DNA of 64,000 nt from a virus (IMGVR_UViG_3300005260_000047), one strand, 5' to 3'; positions 17,306-27,015 are shown, numbered from the stretch's first letter. The notes: a model not told the origin generated them from the letters alone. Numbers and translations are program-made.

Positions 17306-17392
17306 GTTTCCCTCTTATAGATGCATCGCATATCGCGATATGCACATAATCTCAAGCTGAAGTTGGCGTTGTGTTGGCTAGATGCACCTTGC

Positions 17393-17689
17393 CTAGAAAC
17401 TGCCGAAGTCAGGGTGTGCCGGTTGATCCAGGCGCAGCGCCGACTCCTTGACCGGAAACCACGGCGAATCGGAATTCACTAGGTAACGCGCGCCCGCGGC
17501 ATACATGGCATTTGGAGAGGGGCGATAGAAGCCGGTAATCCGGAATTTGAATTCGATACCGGCGTCATTCGTATAGATGACGCTGTCGCCTATCCCGAAC
17601 TTGAGCGGTTGACCGTTTTCAGGCGCAAAGGGCTTTTCCGCATCGTGCTGTTCAACCATGCGCTTCGCCCATTCCCAATGGCTACTCAT
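17393..17689 (-). CDS. Hypothetical protein
   Basis: Start MSSHWEW. Confidence 0.45.
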   Translation of the reverse strand: MSSHWEWAKRMVEQHDAEKPFAPENGQPLKFGIGDSVIYTNDAGIEFKFRITGFYRPSPNAMYAAGARYLVNSDSPWFPVKESALRLDQPAHPDFGSF

Positions 17690-17987
17690 TAGAAGCCCCC
17701 CATCCTGGCGGTCGCTTAACGCCAGGCAGATGATCGAAATCGGCTTGTTCCGCCGGCCGATCGCCGTTCTCAATCTCCTTCATCGTCATTTCGGACGGTT
17801 CGAAGTTGTCAGGCGCGTCGGTTACATGGTAGTTCTGGCTGCAATGCAGGCATTCCTCATGCCGAACGCCATCTTCTTGCGTGGAAATCAGCTTTGTCCT
17901 GGCGCCACAATAAATACAGGTGGTTTGCTCCTCGCCTACCTCGATATTCTCGATAGGTGAACGCCAGCGACTTTCTTTGGCGATCAC
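17682..17987 (-). CDS. Zinc-ribbon protein
   Basis: 'CIYCGARTK...CLHC' forms two CxxC pairs. Confidence 0.5.
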   Translation of the reverse strand: MIAKESRWRSPIENIEVGEEQTTCIYCGARTKLISTQEDGVRHEECLHCSQNYHVTDAPDNFEPSEMTMKEIENGDRPAEQADFDHLPGVKRPPGWGASNE

Positions 17988-18313
17988 ACCGTCCTCCCAC
18001 GCTGGCGCAGGATCTCTGCCGACTTTTCCAATGCTTCGTCGTCGCAGTCGCGCTTATCCTCGTCGTCAGCGATCTCCACCCAATTGGCCAGGCAGTCGCG
18101 CAGCTCGGCAATCGTGTCGAGCAGGCTGTCGTCGGTAGTGTTGATCTTCTCGCACAGGCGGTCGATATCGCCAAGCTCCTGTCCAACATCAACCTTGCCA
18201 TCGGCAAGGATTTCTTCGATCGCATCAGGAAGTGCGCACAAGTGCGCCATATCCCGCTGTAACAGGCGCAGGCCCGCCAGGACGAGCGCAGTTTCCTTGT
18301 CATTTAGTTGCAT
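17984..18313 (-). CDS. Acidic hypothetical protein
   Basis: 109 aa, D/E-rich. Confidence 0.45.
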   Translation of the reverse strand: MQLNDKETALVLAGLRLLQRDMAHLCALPDAIEEILADGKVDVGQELGDIDRLCEKINTTDDSLLDTIAELRDCLANWVEIADDEDKRDCDDEALEKSAEILRQRGRTV

Positions 18314-18593
18314 TGATTTCTCCTAGTGAGACATACAGTGATTCATCGCCTGACGCCACCGTGATTTGCAAGCCTGCCATCAGCGGTTCACAGTCTTTAA
18401 ACTCGCGCCAAGCCTCCTTGCTCCCATTCAGGCACACCAGCTCGCCGCGTGAGTTCATCTTGCCCGCCTCTTGCCACTTGTCCGGATCCGCGCGATAGCT
18501 TTTACCTGCGTCGCCTTCAAACCCTTCTCGGCTGACAATGCGGCACTGCCCTGCCTGATCCGACCATGCCGGCACGATGTAAAACGTGATCAT
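18300..18593 (-). CDS. Hypothetical protein
   Basis: 97 aa. Confidence 0.45.
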   Translation of the reverse strand: MITFYIVPAWSDQAGQCRIVSREGFEGDAGKSYRADPDKWQEAGKMNSRGELVCLNGSKEAWREFKDCEPLMAGLQITVASGDESLYVSLGEINATK

Positions 18594-18820
18594 TTCAGCT
18601 CTCCAATGGCTTTATGAAGTTCTGACCGGCCGTAGTCGGCGGCGTTAAAGGTGCATTGCGCAATGTCGTCCAACTGTTTGATGATCTCCAACAGCGTCGC
18701 TCGGTTATCGCCGCGCAGACGCTTTGCCATCTCATGCAGCCGTTCGATCGGGCCAGCCAGGAAATCCTCCGCGGGAAACTGGCCCATCGCCTCATTAATG
18801 TAGACTTTGGCGCCATCCAT
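18590..18820 (-). CDS. Hypothetical protein (possible frameshift with the overlapping 18595..18915 frame)
   Basis: Frame A begins MSLTPKEHFRLHGTLPAEQIEELIDV, which is protein-like. It then turns junk-like where frame B (MDGAKVYINEAMGQ...) begins. Confidence 0.4.
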   Translation of the reverse strand: MDGAKVYINEAMGQFPAEDFLAGPIERLHEMAKRLRGDNRATLLEIIKQLDDIAQCTFNAADYGRSELHKAIGELK

Positions 18821-18911
18821 ATCCGGCAGGTTGCCTGCACATCGATCAGCTCCTCGATCTGCTCAGCAGGCAACGTGCCATGCAGGCGAAAATGTTCTTT
18901 GGGCGTGAGGC

Positions 18912-19220
18912 TCACCGAGTCGCCTCCTTCTTCAAGATGATTTCCGCCGCTTTGATCATTGCGTTGTCCAATCCATGCGGGATGACGTGACGGGTGCGAA
19001 TCGGGCCTTCATACAGCACCCAGGCGCTACCTTCGCAGCAAAGATTGCCTGCCCGACCCTGCTCTGTCGTCAGTGTCCAATTGGATTGGGCGGCTGCTTC
19101 AGCGATGAGAACCGCGTTTGTATCCTCATCCGTGAACAGGTATTTGCCTGGAAGCTTGGTCATCCCGTAATCCTTGCCGCCGATCTCCAGGACGGGGATG
19201 CCTTCTGCTGTCGCTTGCAT
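18912..19220 (-). CDS. Hypothetical protein
   Basis: 102 aa. Confidence 0.45.
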   Translation of the reverse strand: MQATAEGIPVLEIGGKDYGMTKLPGKYLFTDEDTNAVLIAEAAAQSNWTLTTEQGRAGNLCCEGSAWVLYEGPIRTRHVIPHGLDNAMIKAAEIILKKEATR

Positions 19221-19283
19221 TGGTCGCTCCTTTCAGTGCGCGTTGTCGATAACTGCATGGTCTCAAGCCGTTGCAGGCTTTTA

Positions 19284-19301
19284 AAGTCATTTGTGACTTA
19301 T
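19284..19301. promoter_or_regulatory. Operator palindrome AAGTCAtttgTGACTTAT
   Basis: Perfect 6-bp arms. Intergenic between 19220 and 19304. Confidence 0.5.
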
Positions 19302-19303
19302 TC

Positions 19304-19996
19304 CTAATGAAAGTCCACGCGATCGTAGGCAGATACATGCCGAAAGTTGAATTCTTGATCCTTCTCATGCACGCGCACATAGAGCAGATCGCCTTCGTCG
19401 CCATGCTTGTATTTGTTCGCTTCCTCACCCATGCACTCGGTCAGCCAAGCAATGCCGCTCGGTGACGCATCCTTGAACCGCTGCCGGCAGGCAGCGTAGC
19501 CAAGTCGCAGCCATTGCTCCGCGCGCACGATGTATGGCGATTCCTCGCTGACCAAGCCATTCTCGTCATGGTCGTGTTTGCGCTCCTGGTTGATAAGGCG
19601 AATGGCTTCAGCCATGATGTCGTTAGTGCAGAAGGATTCATCTTTCGTCAACATGCGTCTTGGCTTCGCAGGCATGCCGTCGCTATCGGCGTCATTCGGA
19701 TCGAAATACAGGTTGCGCAAGATGTTTTCCAACTCCTGCGCCCATGATTCTTCTGGCGTGACCAGGAAGCGCTGTTGATACCAGTAGCCGCCATCGACGC
19801 GAATCCACCAGCGCGCGCCAAGCGCCAGCAACTCGTCCGCTGCCGCTCCATGCCGCTTCCCACGCGGGAAGTGTTCCAGGCAGTCATGCGCGAACGTGTC
19901 GCCTCTGGTAATGTTGAAGTTCGGATAGTCTTTGGCGATCCAGCCAAAGTCGCCAAACTCTTGATCCTCGCGCCATTCAAAAATCATCAAGCTCAT
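19304..19996 (-). CDS. Hypothetical protein
   Basis: 230 aa. Confidence 0.5.
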   Translation of the reverse strand: MSLMIFEWREDQEFGDFGWIAKDYPNFNITRGDTFAHDCLEHFPRGKRHGAAADELLALGARWWIRVDGGYWYQQRFLVTPEESWAQELENILRNLYFDPNDADSDGMPAKPRRMLTKDESFCTNDIMAEAIRLINQERKHDHDENGLVSEESPYIVRAEQWLRLGYAACRQRFKDASPSGIAWLTECMGEEANKYKHGDEGDLLYVRVHEKDQEFNFRHVSAYDRVDFH

Positions 19997-20246
19997 AGAT
20001 CCACCATCGGTAAAACGTAGCCCTTGAAGCAGCCGAGCGCCATGTTGAACTGCTCTTGCCCCAATCCGAACAGCTCACTTTCGAAACTGTGCAATTTCGT
20101 TGTGGCGTCACCGATCTGCTTTTCGACGCGATAGCCTGCATGATGGTCGCCATCGAAAAGACTCAACAGGCGCACACGCATGCCTGTCTCTTCATATTCG
20201 CGCAAGACGTATTGGCTGTTCGCGCCGTCGATGTATCCGAGTGCCA
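19993..20246 (-). CDS. Hypothetical protein
   Basis: Start MALGYIDG with a GAGGG Shine-Dalgarno. Confidence 0.45.
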
Positions 20247-20582
20247 TTTGTTTTCCCTCGTTGTGTTGTTGCGATATGCGTATCTTCGCAACCGCACTCA
20301 GGCTTGTCTGTGGCGAGTTACCAAGTCGCCTGACCAAGCAACGCGGCTCTGGCGGCAGCCATTGCCTGCTGCTGCTTCTTTTCAGCCATCTTTTTGTGCC
20401 AGCCTGACTGCTTGCGCTTGATTTGTTTCAGGCGTTCTTCTGCTTCACATTCATGCCACTACTCCTTGTTCGGGTGCTTATCCTTGCGCCGGTAATCCTT
20501 CTTCCGGTCGCGTTGAGTTTGGGTCGGCATCACGCCTGCCCGCCGCTTGGGTCGCGGCACCGGCACGGTGATGGTTTCGCGT

Positions 20583-21017
20583 TCAGGCTTCTTCATTGAG
20601 AATGACTCCATCGAGATAAGCGGCCCAACCCCAATCCATGCTCTGCTCGATCTCCTCTAGCAGAGCGATGCAGATACCTTTGCGTCCACCCATATCCTGC
20701 AACATCACAAATCGTTCATCGGGCCGGCGCCGGTCGCCCACCAGGACGCCGCACGAACCCATGCCGCAGGACAGCTTGATGATGTGGTTGCCAAAGTTGT
20801 GTTCGGTGATGCGTTTGCGGTAATACTTGAGAAACTTCTTGGCGAAGCGCTCCCGCACCGCCTCAATCGCCTCTTCCAGTTGGTCTTCCAACTTTTGGAA
20901 TTTCGGATCTGCTTCCAGGTGATTGAAAGCGCGCGAAGGCGGGCCACCCATGTTGCCGCGATGCCATTGGGTGACTTCCCCTCGCTTGTCGCTGCGCGCA
21001 ATAAGTGGCTTGGTCAT
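20583..21017 (-). CDS. Hypothetical protein
   Basis: Start MTKPLIARSD. Confidence 0.45.
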   Translation of the reverse strand: MTKPLIARSDKRGEVTQWHRGNMGGPPSRAFNHLEADPKFQKLEDQLEEAIEAVRERFAKKFLKYYRKRITEHNFGNHIIKLSCGMGSCGVLVGDRRRPDERFVMLQDMGGRKGICIALLEEIEQSMDWGWAAYLDGVILNEEA

Positions 21018-21517
21018 TGCGATACATGCAGCCTGGCTGCTTCTTCGGCGCTTTCGACCGGACGGCACAGCGGCTCTTCGCCGCGCATGACGGTATAGGC
21101 GTGGTTTTCATGGTTGAGCATACTGGCGCAGTCCTCGCAGTAGAAGGCGTGAGAGCCGCGGTTATACCAGTTGGCACCTTCTGCCAGGCATTGCGTCCTG
21201 TTGCACAGCAGGTTGAACCGCCCTTTCAAGCCAAGCGATCTCGCCTCATCAGCAAGCTCATGCATGGCTTCATGGCGCGCGCTCAAACCCATTGAGCTGC
21301 CCTGGACGCGCCTGCGCTTAGCAACGAAAGCCGCCAATCGGTCGAGAGTCGGCGTGCTGCCGCGCTTGTCAGGTTCAGCCTGCTTTGCAGAGGCGTGGTT
21401 TGACGCCGCAATCCGTGCGATGTTGGAAACGGTAGCATTAACGCCTTTACCATTTCTCATACCAGCCCATTCGTGCCGAACCTTCACCAGCCTGCCATTC
21501 AAAACTGTATAAGCCAT
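21014..21517 (-). CDS. Hypothetical protein with a Cys-rich C-terminus
   Basis: 'CNRTQC...YCEDC...LC'. Confidence 0.45.
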   Translation of the reverse strand: MAYTVLNGRLVKVRHEWAGMRNGKGVNATVSNIARIAASNHASAKQAEPDKRGSTPTLDRLAAFVAKRRRVQGSSMGLSARHEAMHELADEARSLGLKGRFNLLCNRTQCLAEGANWYNRGSHAFYCEDCASMLNHENHAYTVMRGEEPLCRPVESAEEAARLHVSQ

Positions 21518-21717
21518 TATTTCTCCAGCCAAATATAGGTGCCGGTCGCCACATTGCGCTCGACTGGCTCGTCATACGGTTGATAGTCACTGCCGTCCAG
21601 CTTGCATTTACCAATCGCCAAAAACTTGCTGGTTGGCGTCGCCGGTAGCGGCTCCTTGTTCACTACGTCGCACCAAGCGCGCCCGTTGCGAATCGCTTTC
21701 GGATCGCAGTTACCCAT
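21517..21717 (-). CDS. Hypothetical protein
   Basis: 66 aa. Confidence 0.35.
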   Translation of the reverse strand: MGNCDPKAIRNGRAWCDVVNKEPLPATPTSKFLAIGKCKLDGSDYQPYDEPVERNVATGTYIWLEK

Positions 21718-21934
21718 CGATCATCTCCGTGTAGGAAACCTCGCCAACAAAATTGCCGTTGACATCCCTGACGCCCTGCACGCCTATCAGTCCATGTATC
21801 GCAATGTGGTCGGCTAGTTGGCGCAAGATCCGCGCCAGCTCAGGTTCCGCGTTCGGGTCAAAGGCTGCGTCGCCGCAGGACACGCTCAGTCGAAAGTGGC
21901 TGATTCTCATGACCTTCTCACCTCCTTTTTCCAC
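21710..21934 (-). CDS. Hypothetical protein
   Basis: 74 aa. Confidence 0.4.
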   Translation of the reverse strand: MEKGGEKVMRISHFRLSVSCGDAAFDPNAEPELARILRQLADHIAIHGLIGVQGVRDVNGNFVGEVSYTEMIDG

Positions 21935-22197
21935 TGCTTAAACAGTGCGCGATCCCGCCTAAACTCCTCGAATAGAATTTCGGTGTTGATATACTTCCTG
22001 AACTTGTTGTAGTCAGCGCCTCCCAATATCGTGTAACCGCCCTGCTTTGGATCTTCCGAAGTAACTATCTGCCACTTGCCGCCTGGCGTGAATTCGCACT
22101 CAAAAATCAGGCGCCCCCGATAGCGAATTGGCTTTGCGTTGATGCGCATGCTCGGGTAGGCGTCGGTCAGCTTTTTATATATTTCTTGTTCACCCAT
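21907..22197 (-). CDS. Hypothetical protein
   Basis: 96 aa. Confidence 0.45.
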   Translation of the reverse strand: MGEQEIYKKLTDAYPSMRINAKPIRYRGRLIFECEFTPGGKWQIVTSEDPKQGGYTILGGADYNKFRKYINTEILFEEFRRDRALFKQWKKEVRRS

Positions 22198-22206
22198 GTC
22201 TTCCTC

Positions 22207-22590
22207 CTAGTATTCGCGTGGCAAAAGGATCGTGTTGCCGGTGAAGTAGAACTTCCACTCGCCTGGCGGGCAGTCGGTGTATTCGATTTCGCGCCGGTAG
22301 ACCACGTCCTGGAAGCCGGTGTTTTCGCTGTAGTCGCGCGCCACCGTCAGCACCGCTTTCGAATCCTCGACCTTCAGCATCGCGATGCAAAAGCTATGCT
22401 CCTTCACGCCATTCAGGATCTCCGGCTGCGTAGCCAGGATGTCCAGTAGCCAGTAGGCGCCGCCACCGGCATTCCGCGCGAAAAAGCGCACGCCTTCGGT
22501 GTAGTTCACCCGCGCATTCAAAGCATGGCGGTAAATGGTTTCGCTGCCGGTGAAATGCACCAGCTCGCTTTGCAATTCCTGGGTATTCAT
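22207..22590 (-). CDS. Hypothetical protein
   Basis: Start MNTQELQ with a GGGAGG Shine-Dalgarno. The track start at 22644 is over-extended. Confidence 0.5.
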   Translation of the reverse strand: MNTQELQSELVHFTGSETIYRHALNARVNYTEGVRFFARNAGGGAYWLLDILATQPEILNGVKEHSFCIAMLKVEDSKAVLTVARDYSENTGFQDVVYRREIEYTDCPPGEWKFYFTGNTILLPREY

Positions 22591-22632
22591 GGTTGCCTCC
22601 CTTGTTTTGCTGTCGCACTCGCGACAAACAGA

Positions 22633-22677
22633 ATGATAAGTCACAAATGAAGGATATGCAAGTCACTTGTGACTTAT
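22633..22677 (-). promoter_or_regulatory. Sigma70-like promoter TTGCAT-N17-TATCAT bracketed by two operator palindromes
   Basis: Sites at 22637..22653 (AAGTCAcaaaTGAagg) and 22660..22677 (AAGTCActtgTGACTT). One overlaps the -35 and the other overlaps the spacer/-10. Confidence 0.45.
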
Positions 22678-22892
22678 TCCAACAAATTACAGATGATCGC
22701 CTGGCATCAAGCCTGTCAATGCGAAAAGCGGGCTATGCCTGCCTTGTCATGTCGGCGCATGGTTCGGTATTGACCGACCGTCGAAAAGCTAGGCCAGCGC
22801 GTTCTCAAAAGGAGGCATACGAGCGCCTAACGGATGAAACGCGGTATATTTGCTATTCGCGAAAGGCGGGCATATTCCTAGGCTTAACCACT

Positions 22893-22921
22893 CTCAAAAC
22901 AAAGGCGCCTTCCTGGCGCCC
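22893..22921 (-). terminator. Rho-independent terminator (GGCGCC-ttcct-GGCGCC plus U-run)
   Basis: On the minus strand the hairpin is followed by TTTGTTTTG. It is directly downstream of gene 22926..23255. Confidence 0.55.
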
Positions 22922-22925
22922 TTCA

Positions 22926-23255
22926 TTACCAGGATCCACCGGCAGCAGTGGTCGCTGGCTTGACGACTGGTTTCGGCACGACCGGCGTCAAGAACTGCGG
23001 GTGGACGCGCCACTTCTGCGGTCTGCCAAAAGCATTCAACTGCGGGCGTCCATATTCATTCACGCGCTCACCCATGACGTTCTTTGGCCCGCGTCCGGTA
23101 ATCCGGATGATGACTTCCTCGCCACCGCGCGCTTCGAACTTCGCCAGCTTACCCACGCTGTATAGCCGACGACGGCGGTTTTCCATTTCATTATCCAGCG
23201 CCTCTTTCAACTGCGCCAATGCGTGATCGGAAAGGGCCGAGAGCTTGTCCATCAT
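22926..23255 (-). CDS. Hypothetical protein
   Basis: 109 aa. Confidence 0.45.
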   Translation of the reverse strand: MMDKLSALSDHALAQLKEALDNEMENRRRRLYSVGKLAKFEARGGEEVIIRITGRGPKNVMGERVNEYGRPQLNAFGRPQKWRVHPQFLTPVVPKPVVKPATTAAGGSW

Positions 23256-23323
23256 GATGCATCCCCTGCGTGTTTGTCTGAAAAGAGGGTGACGCTCGCC
23301 ACCCTCCCCGAATTGCCCGCCGA

Positions 23324-24247
23324 TTACGACAGGGCCAACATCTGCTTGATCATCGGCAGCAGGGCGCTGTCGGGATTGGCGACCATCTTGCCCTTTTCCT
23401 TGACCGTGATGCCAAGCAGCGGGAACAGCATGAACATCTGATTCGCCTGGCTGCGCGCGGTGCCGATCGAATACGGTTTCGCCAGCAGGTTCAATTGGAG
23501 ATTACCCTTGTCGCCCGAAGTCAGTTCGCCAGTCTGATGCAGCACCGCAAAGGCGCGCCGCATGACTTCGTTCAAGCTGTCAGCGCCGCCACCCTTGTGC
23601 ATCCAAGTGAACAGCATGATCGCCTTTTCGCGCACCTTGTCGGCAATCGCCTCGCGGTCGTTCATTTTGTCGATGAATTCTTCGGCTTTCTTTTCCAGCT
23701 CGACCGTGCCAAGCGTTGCCGCATCGTTCATCGAAAACACCAGGAACTCGCTCCACTTCGCGCCGAGCTTTACTTTCAGCAAGTCGCCTGGCTTGTGCGT
23801 GACTGATGTGGCGCGCGGCTCTTTCGGCGTTTTTGGTTCTTGCGGCTCGGTCGATTTCGCTTTCTTGCCGCCCCTTTTCTTTTTGCCGGTAACGGCTTCA
23901 GGGCTGGTTTCGGGCGCAGAACCATCGCTTTCTTCCGGCTGCTGCTCGTTATACAGAGCTTGCTTTTGCGCCTGGCGTTCAGCATCGCCGACGATTTCCT
24001 CCAGTAGCGATTCATCAGTGACAACCGAATCGGTATCGGCAGCGCCCAACGCAGCACCTTCGGCCGGATCGATCACGCCATCATCGAAAACTTCATCACC
24101 GGACGCTGCGACCGTGGTATCACCTTCAACCGCTTCCAATTGCTCCAGCAGATCGCCGAGTATTGAGTCATCCGGCGTCGTGACGTTGTTCAGCGGCAGT
24201 TCAGCTTCGAGGTTGACGTTCTTGGCGTTGCGAGCTTTCTTAGTCAT
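23324..24247 (-). CDS. Hypothetical protein (acidic N-terminal half, basic linker, conserved-looking C-terminal domain)
   Basis: 307 aa. Confidence 0.5.
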   Translation of the reverse strand: MTKKARNAKNVNLEAELPLNNVTTPDDSILGDLLEQLEAVEGDTTVAASGDEVFDDGVIDPAEGAALGAADTDSVVTDESLLEEIVGDAERQAQKQALYNEQQPEESDGSAPETSPEAVTGKKKRGGKKAKSTEPQEPKTPKEPRATSVTHKPGDLLKVKLGAKWSEFLVFSMNDAATLGTVELEKKAEEFIDKMNDREAIADKVREKAIMLFTWMHKGGGADSLNEVMRRAFAVLHQTGELTSGDKGNLQLNLLAKPYSIGTARSQANQMFMLFPLLGITVKEKGKMVANPDSALLPMIKQMLALS

Positions 24248-24582
24248 GGCATTCTCCTGTAAAGGTTGTTTGGTTTGTCGTTTCGTTTCGCGACAATTGC
24301 AGTTTCACAGTCAGGTATAGGAGGTTCAAGCGATGCTCTTGGCTACTTTTTGCTGCTCCTACCGTTGCTGCTTTTGCTGCGTTGTCTCAATCGACAATGC
24401 ATAGTCTCAACCCCCACTAGGAGAACAAAGCGTCTGCGCAGGCAACGCCGTGTAGGCGACAGGACAGATGCGCCAGGTAGGAACTGATTAACAATGCGCG
24501 ATGCGCGCACATGCGCGAATACCACATGACACCAGGCGCCTTTGCGGCAAGACGCGCAATATCCGAGGATAGAAAAGCGGGA

Positions 24583-24608
24583 ATAAAAAAGCGGCCCATT
24601 CGGGCCGC
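24583..24608 (-). terminator. Rho-independent terminator (GCGGCCC-attc-GGGCCGC plus U7)
   Basis: Perfect 7-bp GC stem. The A7 on the plus strand is a U-run on the minus strand. It follows the HicA-like gene. Confidence 0.7.
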
Positions 24609-24626
24609 AAAGACTAAGACGGAAAA

Positions 24627-24845
24627 TCAGACCGGCGCGCCCGCTTGTCTTGCCTGGCTGATCCAGTTCAGCGTGGCGCGGCGATCGCTTGGGGTCTTGG
24701 GTATGACGAGCGTCGCCTTACCGTCCGGACTGCGTAGTTTCGGGTGGCGATTGCCAATGATTAGTTCCCATCCTTGCTTGATCAAGTTCTTGACGATAGC
24801 ATTGATCTTGTCGCAGGTGGAATATCTTCGCATGGTTTTACTCAT
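24627..24845 (-). CDS. HicA/YcfA-like small protein (orphan)
   Basis: 'LIKQGWELIIGNRHPKLRSPDGKATLVIP' resembles the HicA dsRBD-like fold. No adjacent HicB-like ORF was found. Confidence 0.45.
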   Translation of the reverse strand: MSKTMRRYSTCDKINAIVKNLIKQGWELIIGNRHPKLRSPDGKATLVIPKTPSDRRATLNWISQARQAGAPV

Positions 24846-24881
24846 TGATGACTTACTCCTATAGTTACAGTGATGGCGTTG

Positions 24882-25070
24882 TTAGCGCCAGGGGCTGAAA
24901 AGAACAGCGGTGGCGAAAAAGGCAAGCGAGCCAAGCTGTGCGGGAAGCATCCACCAGCGCCGACCTTCCGGAAAGTAGGCAACCATCAATCGCATGCCGA
25001 CAAATTGAAACACCAATTCAATCGCCAATAAAAGCCAGGCGGCCCAAAAGATTACATACATTTCATTCAT
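24882..25070 (-). CDS. Small membrane protein
   Basis: Two hydrophobic helices. Confidence 0.4.
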   Translation of the reverse strand: MNEMYVIFWAAWLLLAIELVFQFVGMRLMVAYFPEGRRWWMLPAQLGSLAFFATAVLFSPWR

Positions 25071-25263
25071 GGATTTTCCTTTCCGCCGCCTTGCGCAGCC
25101 GGTCGATCAGGGCAAGGATGACGGCTGGCGAGCATGCCCGATGCCAATCTGCATTTGCCTTCCAGTTGTTGTCGTCGCGGGGATCCGTGTATATGTGCTG
25201 CCCTTCGCCTTGAGTGGCCGCTTCTGCTGCCGCCTGCAAAGCATCCAAATCAATGTGTGTCAT
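25063..25263 (-). CDS. Hypothetical protein
   Basis: 66 aa. Confidence 0.4.
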   Translation of the reverse strand: MTHIDLDALQAAAEAATQGEGQHIYTDPRDDNNWKANADWHRACSPAVILALIDRLRKAAERKIHE

Positions 25264-25472
25264 GGTTTATCCTTCCCGACCTGCAAGATTGCTTCGTTGA
25301 TTAACGACTCAATGCTGATTCCAGTGGCTGACCAACTACGCCCGACTAGGCCGCATAGCATTTTCTCTACATCGATAAATCGCGCCATCAGCTCGGCATT
25401 CTGCTGTTCCAGCGCGGCGATGCGCTTGGCTGCTCCTAGTAGCGCTTCTTGCGCACGTTCTTTAGGTGTCAT
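25260..25472 (-). CDS. Hypothetical coiled-coil protein
   Basis: 70 aa. Confidence 0.4.
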   Translation of the reverse strand: MTPKERAQEALLGAAKRIAALEQQNAELMARFIDVEKMLCGLVGRSWSATGISIESLINEAILQVGKDKP

Positions 25473-25585
25473 TACTGTTCTCCCTTATCTGGTGCTGGCC
25501 CGTTTAGAAAAACCAACAAACCAAACGTCTTTGTATCCGACGCCGAACAGTCGCCAACCCCATCCGGGCGTTCCAAAATAAAATT

Positions 25586-26266
25586 TCATGACTCATCCTT
25601 TCCGCTGTCTTGTGCGCTTGGCTGGCTGGCGGCATAGAGGGGCTCAATCCACGCATCACGCCACCCATGAAAATCTATCTGCTCGGCCATCCAACTTTCT
25701 GCTGATTTCAAGTCAAAGAAACCTGCGGGCAGCGCATAATCTGGCTGTATTGGCTGGCCTTTTGCGACACGATGCACAATCCAATGCTTCGCTACAGGCT
25801 CAGGGGAGGGCTGCGCTTTTACCTTTTCAAATAAATCTTTATAGGTGTTATATAGGTTAAGCGCAGTCCTCATTTCTTTTGCTGAGAAGGTCAGCGACTT
25901 TTCATCTTCGGTATTTCTCAATGTACTTAGAATTTCTTTAACACTCCGATCAGCTTGCTGCGCTCCCTGTGCCGGATCGGCTGGCGCGTCAAGTTGAGCG
26001 CACCTCCATCCGGTCAAAACAGCGTAATCCCATAAAGCCCCGATGCTCGGGTAGGGCATATCCTCCGGGAACTTCGGTAAGTTTGGAATGGAGATGCTGC
26101 GCATCGTCGCGGCTGGCGCATCCAGTTGAGTGCATAGGGCTGCTATTGCATCCTTAGCCTTTGCGACATGGCATTCCGGCGCATCGTTGTCTGGTGTGTC
26201 GCCGTCGCAAAAGGGTTTCAGGGCTTCTATCGCTTGCTCCATCGCCTTGCGCTGTGCGTCAGTCAT
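25586..26266 (-). CDS. Hypothetical protein
   Basis: 226 aa with a 4-nt overlap to the RF-like gene. Confidence 0.5.
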   Translation of the reverse strand: MTDAQRKAMEQAIEALKPFCDGDTPDNDAPECHVAKAKDAIAALCTQLDAPAATMRSISIPNLPKFPEDMPYPSIGALWDYAVLTGWRCAQLDAPADPAQGAQQADRSVKEILSTLRNTEDEKSLTFSAKEMRTALNLYNTYKDLFEKVKAQPSPEPVAKHWIVHRVAKGQPIQPDYALPAGFFDLKSAESWMAEQIDFHGWRDAWIEPLYAASQPSAQDSGKDES

Positions 26267-27015
26267 GCGAACCTCGGTTTAGTTGGTTGATCGTCTTTAA
26301 GCGGAGGAATCTTGGCCTGCAGCTTTTCGATATGCCTTGCCTGCTGCAACGCAAGTTCTTCCACGCTGTCTACGGCGTAAAAGTCCATGAGCTGCTTTAA
26401 CTCTGGCGCTACCGGCTCGGCTGGCTTGGATGCTTGGGCAAGCAGAGCGCGTACATCGCGGACGAATTCGAGCAAACGAACACCGTCGGGGAAGTGCCAC
26501 CCCGTGGCTGTCCATACCGTGTGGCTATGCGCTAACTCATATATTTCCCCGTCGCTGATCTGCGGGGAGGGCGCTACCAGCTCGGCTGTCTGTACCAGCT
26601 CGCTGGCATGGCTGGCGGCTACGTACTTGGCGTACAGTTTTGCCACATCCCGCAAAGCTACGGTATCGTAATCGGGGTGAATATCGTCCCCCTCTTTCCA
26701 GTATCCAAACGATGCCGTACTGATTGCAGCTAGCCGCATTACTTCCCGCTCATCCATCACTTCTGGCGCTGCGCTGGTGGCTTCCGGCAGGTCCACCTGT
26801 GCCGGTTCGACTGGCAAATTCGCCAGAATGCACCGCAGCTTCTCCAGCGCCACAGCCTTATTCTTGTGCTGACTGCGATCACCTGAGTATTCAACCGCAA
26901 TGCCTGACGGCAGATGCGTCAGGCGAACACCAGCATCATGCTTGGCAATAAAGCCACCTCCACCACCAGGAATGAAGGTGTCAATGCGCAAATCTTTCGG
27001 ATCGATTTCTACCAT
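26263..27015 (-). CDS. Class-I release-factor-like (GGQ-domain) protein with GGQ replaced by GGG, plus a 180-aa C-terminal extension of unknown function
   Basis: The N-terminus '[63 protein letters not shown]' aligns residue by residue with RF1/RF2 domain 3 ('...[49 protein letters not shown]...'). The sequence was re-translated by hand from the DNA. Confidence 0.7.
   Translation of the reverse strand: MVEIDPKDLRIDTFIPGGGGGFIAKHDAGVRLTHLPSGIAVEYSGDRSQHKNKAVALEKLRCILANLPVEPAQVDLPEATSAAPEVMDEREVMRLAAISTASFGYWKEGDDIHPDYDTVALRDVAKLYAKYVAASHASELVQTAELVAPSPQISDGEIYELAHSHTVWTATGWHFPDGVRLLEFVRDVRALLAQASKPAEPVAPELKQLMDFYAVDSVEELALQQARHIEKLQAKIPPLKDDQPTKPRFA

Noticed and set aside
24266-24626. HicB antitoxin partner for the HicA-like gene
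   Set aside because: There is no minus-strand ORF of 60 aa or more with a ribosome-binding site between the HicA-like stop and the next gene. A terminator follows immediately, so the HicA-like gene appears orphan.
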